Below are positions 58,946 through 64,000 of a stretch of 64,000 bases of DNA, in pieces (position 1 is the first letter of the stretch; the number at the start of each line of letters is the position of its first letter). The stretch is from an uncultured Pseudohongiella sp. GTDB taxonomy: Bacteria; Pseudomonadota; Gammaproteobacteria; Pseudomonadales; Pseudohongiellaceae. The stretch is from contig CBDHCL010000005.1 in the NCBI GenBank assembly GCA_965261275.1, positions 744,710 through 808,709 of the forward strand. The letters run 5' to 3'. The notes beneath the pieces are model-generated. The model was not told where the DNA came from, did not search any database, and saw only the letters and a list, made by a program, of their open reading frames with translations. The position numbers and the translations under genes are program-made.

Positions 58946-59048
58946 ATAAGAAAAATAGATAACACAAATATATATAATCAATTTTACAGATATAGTAGAG
59001 AAGCCTCAGACTGCGCGCAATCATTATTTACCGAAACAGGAGTAAGCA

Positions 59049-59819
59049 GTGGCCAGCCTGTCCACCCAAAGCGTGACCGAGGTACATCATTGGAATGATT
59101 CTCTGTTTAGCTTCAAGACCACCCGAGACCGCTCTTTGAAATTTGAGAACGGCCATTTCTTGATGCTCGGTATGGAAGTGGAGGGAAAGCCATTGATGCG
59201 AGCCTATAGCATCGCCAGCCCTAACTACGACGAGGAATTGGAATTTCTAAGCATTAAAGTGATCGACGGCGCCCTTACTTCACGCCTACAGGATATTAAA
59301 GTGGGTGATGAATTATTCCTCAGCAGCAAGCCCACCGGTACTCTGGTAGTCGATCATTTGCTTGACGGCAGAAATCTCTATCTGATCAGCACCGGCACAG
59401 GTCTGGCGCCTTTTATCAGCATTATTCAAGACCCTGAGGTTTATGAGAAATTTGATAATGTCATTCTTGCTCATGGTGTGCGTTACGTGTCTGAATTGGC
59501 GTATCAGCAATTCATCAAACAAGATCTGCCCGGCAATGAGTTTTTCGGCGAAAAAGTAAGACAAAAATTAATTTACTATCCCAGCGTGACCAGGGAAGAA
59601 TTCCAAACGCAGGGCCGCTTCACCGATCTCATGTCTTCCGGCCAGCTTTTTGATGATATTGGTTTGCCTAAAGCCAACCTCGAACTCGATAGATTCATGC
59701 TCTGTGGAAGTCCAGGCATGTTGAAGGATAGCCGCAAAATCCTGGACGACTGGGGGTTTAAAGAATCACGCCACGGGATCAAGGCTCACTATGTAATAGA
59801 GCGAGCTTTCGTTGAGTAG
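59049..59819 (+). CDS. fpr: ferredoxin--NADP(+) reductase
   Basis: RAYSIAS (RxYS FAD motif), LISTGTGLAPF (NADP motif), C-terminal YVIERAFVE. Confidence 0.9.
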   Translation: MASLSTQSVTEVHHWNDSLFSFKTTRDRSLKFENGHFLMLGMEVEGKPLMRAYSIASPNYDEELEFLSIKVIDGALTSRLQDIKVGDELFLSSKPTGTLVVDHLLDGRNLYLISTGTGLAPFISIIQDPEVYEKFDNVILAHGVRYVSELAYQQFIKQDLPGNEFFGEKVRQKLIYYPSVTREEFQTQGRFTDLMSSGQLFDDIGLPKANLELDRFMLCGSPGMLKDSRKILDDWGFKESRHGIKAHYVIERAFVE

Positions 59820-59916
59820 AGATTGTGCAAAAACTCAACATTTGTCATTCCTGCGAAAGAGGCTGTGGAAAATCCAGCATTTGTCATCCCTGCACCACCC
59901 CGTCATTCCTGCGAAA
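59819..59916 (-). mobile_element. two stacked MITE right-arm halves (59819-59858 and 59859-59916), inverted orientation
   Basis: GAGATTGTGCAAAAACTCAACATTTGTCATTCCTGCGAAA then GAGGCTGTGGAAAATCCAGCATTTGTCATCCCTGCACCACCCCGTCATTCCTGCGAAA. Both are reverse complements of MITE right arms and end at the central GAAA. Confidence 0.75.
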
Positions 59917-61199
59917 GAGACTGTGCAAAAACCCACCACCACTGGTCACATTCTCATTACTGCCCTAATTCACCGACCTTGCTGGCATTTCAAACCAATA
60001 CACCATCTCTGCAAAAATACCCAATAATTACAGCAATAAACATCCAGAACCTGGCTCAATTATGATACAATAACGAACATAACTAACTGATTCTAATCAT
60101 TAAACAGAGGCTTTATGCGTGATTACATACACGGTTTAAATCGCCAGCAACAACTGTTATTCCCAGAGCGGCTAGAGGATCGGCAAGAATGATCCGGTTC
60201 GTGCCATTGATGCCTATGTGGATAGTTTAGAAGTTGAGGCCTTGGGCTTTAAGACAAGATATAGCGACAAAAACAACAGATGGCCAGTCAGGCGAAAGAA
60301 ACCTTGACCCTTGACCCTTGACCCTTGAGACTTTGGAGGTGGTTGCCGATAAGGGCTATCACAGTGCAAAAGAGATAAAGAACTGTGTTGATGACAAAAT
60401 CCACCCAATCATCCCGCCGCCGATTATCCCACCTATTGACACGCAACAGAAACAAAAGAAAACGGGCAGATACACTAAAGAGGATTTTGTCTATTGTTGT
60501 ACATCTTAGAGGGTCGCAAGACGAATACACCTGCCCCAACAACAAAACACTGGCAAAAAAAGCAAGCCCAAGCCTATCCAAAGGCAAACTTGGGTTTATT
60601 TATAGCACCAGTGCCACAGATTGCAAGGATTTATAGCACCAGTGCCCTAGATTGCAAGGACTGCCCTTTGCGTAGCAAGTGCCTGACAAAGCAAACGCTT
60701 CACCGAAGAATATGGCGCTGGGAACATGAAGCCTTTTTACAAGCCTATGGTGAGGTAATGCAAACAGAATCAGCCAAGGCGATTAGCAAAAGAAGAGGAT
60801 CGATTGTGGCGCATCCTTTTGGCACCATAAAGCGGTCATTAGGCTGGGATCACTACTTGCTCAGAGGCAAAGAAAAAGTATCCGGTGCCTATGGTTTTGA
60901 TTGGGCACTGATTATGTTTTGCTATAACTTCAAGCGTGTTTTGAACATGTTAGGCACCATGCTGTTCAATAAGCTGCTATTAGCTATAAAAGCAGGCAAT
61001 ATTGAAGCCGTGATGGAAGAAATCAAGCGACATCTTTGTTTTTGCGTCCACTATTCGATGGTTTATGCCAGAAATGCCTATTTTCGCAATAAACAAGCTT
61101 ATTTCACCTGCCGGCTTTTCATAAGAATCCTTTTTTACCCGTACAGGACTCAAAATGCTCAATGGTGGGTTGGTGAGCTGGCGTTTGTTGCACAGTCTC
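59917..61199 (+). mobile_element. decayed IS1182-family copy (internal ~0.66-kb deletion, indels, small duplications); transposase is a pseudogene
   Basis: Same TIRs and 198-bp leader as the copy at 20976. The equivalent of about 21347-22010 is missing. (CCTTGAC)x3 expansion at about 60306. A 31-bp tandem duplication at about 60601-60662. The reading frame is broken into 60318.., 60385.. and 60494..61204. Confidence 0.85.
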
Positions 61200-61200
61200 T

Positions 61201-61329
61201 ATAGGCGACGTGCAGTACGCGGCGTTTGTGGTGAAGTCGCAGAAATCGACGAGTTATCCACGCGCATGGAAGGCGATGGATTTGATCGCTGCGGGTAGCG
61301 CATTATTTGAGGCAGGTTTGATTAGATGA
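61201..61329 (+). pseudogene. 3'-terminal fragment of an unidentified gene cut by the IS
   Basis: Open frame IGDVQYAAFVVKSQKSTSYPRAWKAMDLIAAGSALFEAGLIR* starts directly at the IS end. Its TGA overlaps the ATG of the cytochrome c gene (ATGA). Confidence 0.45.
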
Positions 61330-62222
61330 CACAGCCCGCTCGCTCAAAAACAAAAAGAGCAATAATTGTTGCTGCGTTCCTGTTTGTCTTGCTGAGCGTG
61401 CTGTTTTTGTTTCTACCTCCGATTGTCCCGGCAAGTTTGCAATTATCAGATTCACCGGAAGCGATTGCTCACGGTGCCTATCTGGTAACCGCCGGTGGTT
61501 GCACTAGCTGTCACCGCGGTGAGGATGATGCTGAATCTTTTACAGGCGGTCTGGCCCTGGAAACAGAATTCGGCACGTTCTATGCGCCAAACATAACTCC
61601 CGATAATGAAACCGGCATCGGCAATTGGCAGGCAAGGGATTTTATTCTCGCCCTGCGGCATGGTCGAACACCCGATGGAAGTTTCTATTACCCGGCTTTT
61701 CCCTATGGCTCTTATGCGGGTCTAACAGACCAGGACATATTGGACATTGGTTCCTATTTAATGAGCGTAGAGCCAGTCAACAACACCGTGCCTGAAGCCG
61801 AAACTCCGGTGTGGTTGAATCGCTGGGCTATGGCAGGCTGGAATCTGTTCGCGCAACTCAATGAAAATGGAACGGAACTATTCGATGATGAACTCGTTGC
61901 CAGAGGAGCCTATCTGGCACGAAACCTTGGTCATTGTGGTGAATGTCACACTCCCAGAAATTCTCTGGGTATGCCAAATTTGGACCGTGAATTCGCTGGT
62001 GCGACCTTGGGCGAAGAGGTGATCGAAGCCATAGATGCCATTGCCCTGGAAGAATGGACGACCAATAATTTTGACGTTTTTCTGTTAATTGGCCTGAAAC
62101 CCGATGGTGAGTTTGCCGGTGGTGACATGAACGAAGTGATAGAACACAACACCAGCAAGATAAGCGCCGAGGACAGAGACGCATTAGCGGCTTTCTTCAC
62201 CCGACACAGGCAATCACAGTAG
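61326..62222 (+). CDS. membrane-anchored dihaem cytochrome c (dehydrogenase cytochrome subunit-like)
   Basis: N-terminal TM helix. CTSCH and CGECH haem motifs. NITPDNETGIGNW segment typical of dehydrogenase-associated cytochrome c subunits. Confidence 0.8.
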   Translation: MTQPARSKTKRAIIVAAFLFVLLSVLFLFLPPIVPASLQLSDSPEAIAHGAYLVTAGGCTSCHRGEDDAESFTGGLALETEFGTFYAPNITPDNETGIGNWQARDFILALRHGRTPDGSFYYPAFPYGSYAGLTDQDILDIGSYLMSVEPVNNTVPEAETPVWLNRWAMAGWNLFAQLNENGTELFDDELVARGAYLARNLGHCGECHTPRNSLGMPNLDREFAGATLGEEVIEAIDAIALEEWTTNNFDVFLLIGLKPDGEFAGGDMNEVIEHNTSKISAEDRDALAAFFTRHRQSQ

Positions 62223-62272
62223 TCAGAAAAAGCGAACCTCAATCGAGATTCGCCTAATGTTTTCAAATTATG

Positions 62273-62305
62273 GGGCAGCACAACGGCTCAAGCTGCCCCT
62301 TTTTA
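62273..62305 (+). terminator. intrinsic terminator
   Basis: GGGGCAGC (12-nt loop) GCTGCCCC followed by TTTTT. Confidence 0.7.
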
Positions 62306-62339
62306 GCTGGCTAACCAGCTGGTCAAAGCAGCCATCTGG

Positions 62340-62825
62340 TTAGTCGTTATCGACCCGATACGTATCATGACAATTGGCGCAGGCTCCACCCAGTGACCTG
62401 AAAGTGCCCATAGTTGCAGCCATGTCACCGCCAGAGGCTGTATCTGCAAATGTGCTGGCTGCATCTACCAGGGCCTGTGTTTTATCAGCGATATCCGCTT
62501 GATTATCCCAGATTAAATCCAGCGCCTCGGTGTCGATATCGAAGCCCCGTGTATCTTCTGCCAGTAATTCTGGAATCATTGGGGCCAGTGACACGATGCG
62601 TCGCGCATTTCTTTCCGCGAGTTCGGCATTGAAAGCGGCGCCCTGAGCCATTCCTGCAATGGGAATGAGATTAAAGCGCAGCAGCTTAAACACCGCCTGA
62701 CGTGTATCCGCCGCAGCGGCGGCTCGCTGTTCAGGTGTGGGGTCGTCCTGAGCCGAAGCGGTGAAAACGAGACCCGAAACAAGCATCGCTACAGCAGAAA
62801 TCAGTACAAGAGCTTTTTTGATCAT
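62340..62825 (-). CDS. cytochrome c' (class II cytochrome c)
   Basis: Signal peptide MIKKALVLISAVAMLVSGLVFTASA. Four-helix-bundle length. C-terminal CANCH haem motif. Confidence 0.8.
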   Translation of the reverse strand: MIKKALVLISAVAMLVSGLVFTASAQDDPTPEQRAAAAADTRQAVFKLLRFNLIPIAGMAQGAAFNAELAERNARRIVSLAPMIPELLAEDTRGFDIDTEALDLIWDNQADIADKTQALVDAASTFADTASGGDMAATMGTFRSLGGACANCHDTYRVDND

Positions 62826-63116
62826 TATTACCTCCAATCCTTATTAGAACCATTTCTGGCCAAATTAATGCAGTTTTTACGCGTCTATTGTAGTTGGCTC
62901 TATCGGCACTGGCCTCGGAGAAACTACAGCAGTAAACTATATTACAAGTAAATCGCGCTTGTCACGGCTAAAGCGCAGTTTTCAAGGGTACTGCTTCGTG
63001 GTTTGCTTCTCGCCGTGATGAAGCTGGCTCGACCTTGAGCGGTTTATTGCAGGTCTATGCCTGGGTGCTACCGGGTACGGCGACGGTTCGGTGGGGGCGA
63101 GTTTTAGTAGAAGAGG

Positions 63117-64000
63117 CTAGCTCGCTACTTCTTTCCACACAAACAATCTTGTGGCCAGAATAAATCCAATAATAAACCAGGCGGCAATGCCGATCAGGCT
63201 GGGCATGATAGCAAGAAGGCTGGCGCCATTGTTTGCGATTTCGCGCATTGCCGTGGAGACGAAACTCAAGGGCAGCAGCCTCGCAATCGGTTGAATTAAT
63301 TCCGGCATGGATTCAATGGGGTAAAAAACACCAGACAGAAATATTTGCGGAAAGATAACGATATTCCCGACAGCCATCACTGCCTGTTGCGTTTTAGCGA
63401 TACTACCCACGCAGAAGCCGAGGCAAAGAAATATAAAAGTACCCAGCATTGCGATGAAATAGAATGAGGCAAAGTTACCCACAATGCTGACATCCAGCAC
63501 GAGCACGGCAAAGGCAATAAAAACCGTAAGTTGAATAAGTACAATGGTCATTCTGGCCAGCACGATGGAAGTAATAAAGTCGCGGGGTTTGATGGGCGTA
63601 ACAAATAGCCGTTTTAAAATGCCCTTGCGTCTAAATTCAACAATATTAAATCCGCTACCGGCTATACTGAGCTGCATAAGCGTAAACGCCAGTAAGCCGG
63701 GCAGCAGAAAATCGAGATAGCGCTGCGAACGTGCCTGCACGTCCTCTACAGCAAGCGTAAACATAGGCTCTATGTGGCGAAACTCCCGTTCTATAGATAC
63801 CAATGTTTGTTGCAACAGCGGCAGTATTAGAGCTAATTGTTGTACCTGGGCGGCATCGACTAAAAGTTGTAATTCGGCAACGTCGCCTTGTACAGCGAAA
63901 CTGTCCGGCAGTATGAGTACCATGGTCTGCTCGCCTTCCGCGAGTTCTGTGCGCAGGCGCGGTTCTTCGCCTAAAGTGACATCAAAAAGTGGATTTTCGA
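63117..64000 (-). CDS. ABC-2 type transporter permease (5' end outside window)
   Basis: The frame stays open upstream of the listed Met to base 64000 (...ENPLFDVTLGEEPRLRTELAEGEQTMVLILP). C-terminal six-TM ABC-2 permease region. Confidence 0.7.
   Translation of the reverse strand, partial: ENPLFDVTLGEEPRLRTELAEGEQTMVLILPDSFAVQGDVAELQLLVDAAQVQQLALILPLLQQTLVSIEREFRHIEPMFTLAVEDVQARSQRYLDFLLPGLLAFTLMQLSIAGSGFNIVEFRRKGILKRLFVTPIKPRDFITSIVLARMTIVLIQLTVFIAFAVLVLDVSIVGNFASFYFIAMLGTFIFLCLGFCVGSIAKTQQAVMAVGNIVIFPQIFLSGVFYPIESMPELIQPIARLLPLSFVSTAMREIANNGASLLAIMPSLIGIAAWFIIGFILATRLFVWKEVAS

Noticed and set aside
58946-59048. LysR (T-N11-A) operator in the finR-like/fpr divergent region
   Set aside because: The region is AT-rich and several T-N11-A matches exist by chance. 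I could not single out a convincing site without a matrix search.

Overview
This 64-kb chromosomal segment appears to come from a Gammaproteobacterium. That assignment is an inference from gene content and from gene order in the 35-49 kb block (recG, ridA, spoT-rpoZ-gmk, yicC | rph, pyrE | slmA, argB-algC-coaBC | radC), which is collinear with the Pseudomonas PA5319-PA5345 region as I remember it. Most of the window is housekeeping: mpl, rhlE-like helicase, ubiX, uvrD, gcdH, ubiA, a TRAP transporter, a TonB-dependent receptor, an SLC13 permease, and a finR-like LysR regulator divergent from fpr. I recognised no rRNA, tRNA or CRISPR array.

The non-ordinary content is of four kinds:
1. An IS1182-family element has one intact copy and one decayed copy. 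A roughly 140-bp MITE family carries the same terminal inverted repeats. The MITEs and the IS are repeatedly inserted into one another at the MITE's central palindrome, giving nested structures at 19.5-23.0 kb and 59.8-61.2 kb. An IS5-family relic is also inserted in the first nest.
2. Two other dispersed non-coding repeat families are present: a roughly 60-bp element in 3 copies and a roughly 165-bp element in 2 copies.
3. A three-gene operon (dprE1-like, dprE2-like, HAD-UbiA fusion) looks like a complete polyprenyl-phosphate arabinofuranose donor pathway of the mycobacterial type. No glycosyltransferase partner is in view.
4. The density of frameshifted, truncated or relic genes is unusually high: peroxiredoxin, dctM, a redoxin/cytochrome c/Cu-monooxygenase-like gene, SDR and Nudix remnants, and a gene cut by the IS.

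I found no convincing defence-type or otherwise clearly novel multi-gene system. The self-targeting IS/MITE family and the orphan arabinofuranose-donor operon are the best candidates for follow-up. All coordinates and calls come from reading the sequence and ORF track by eye. No searches were run.
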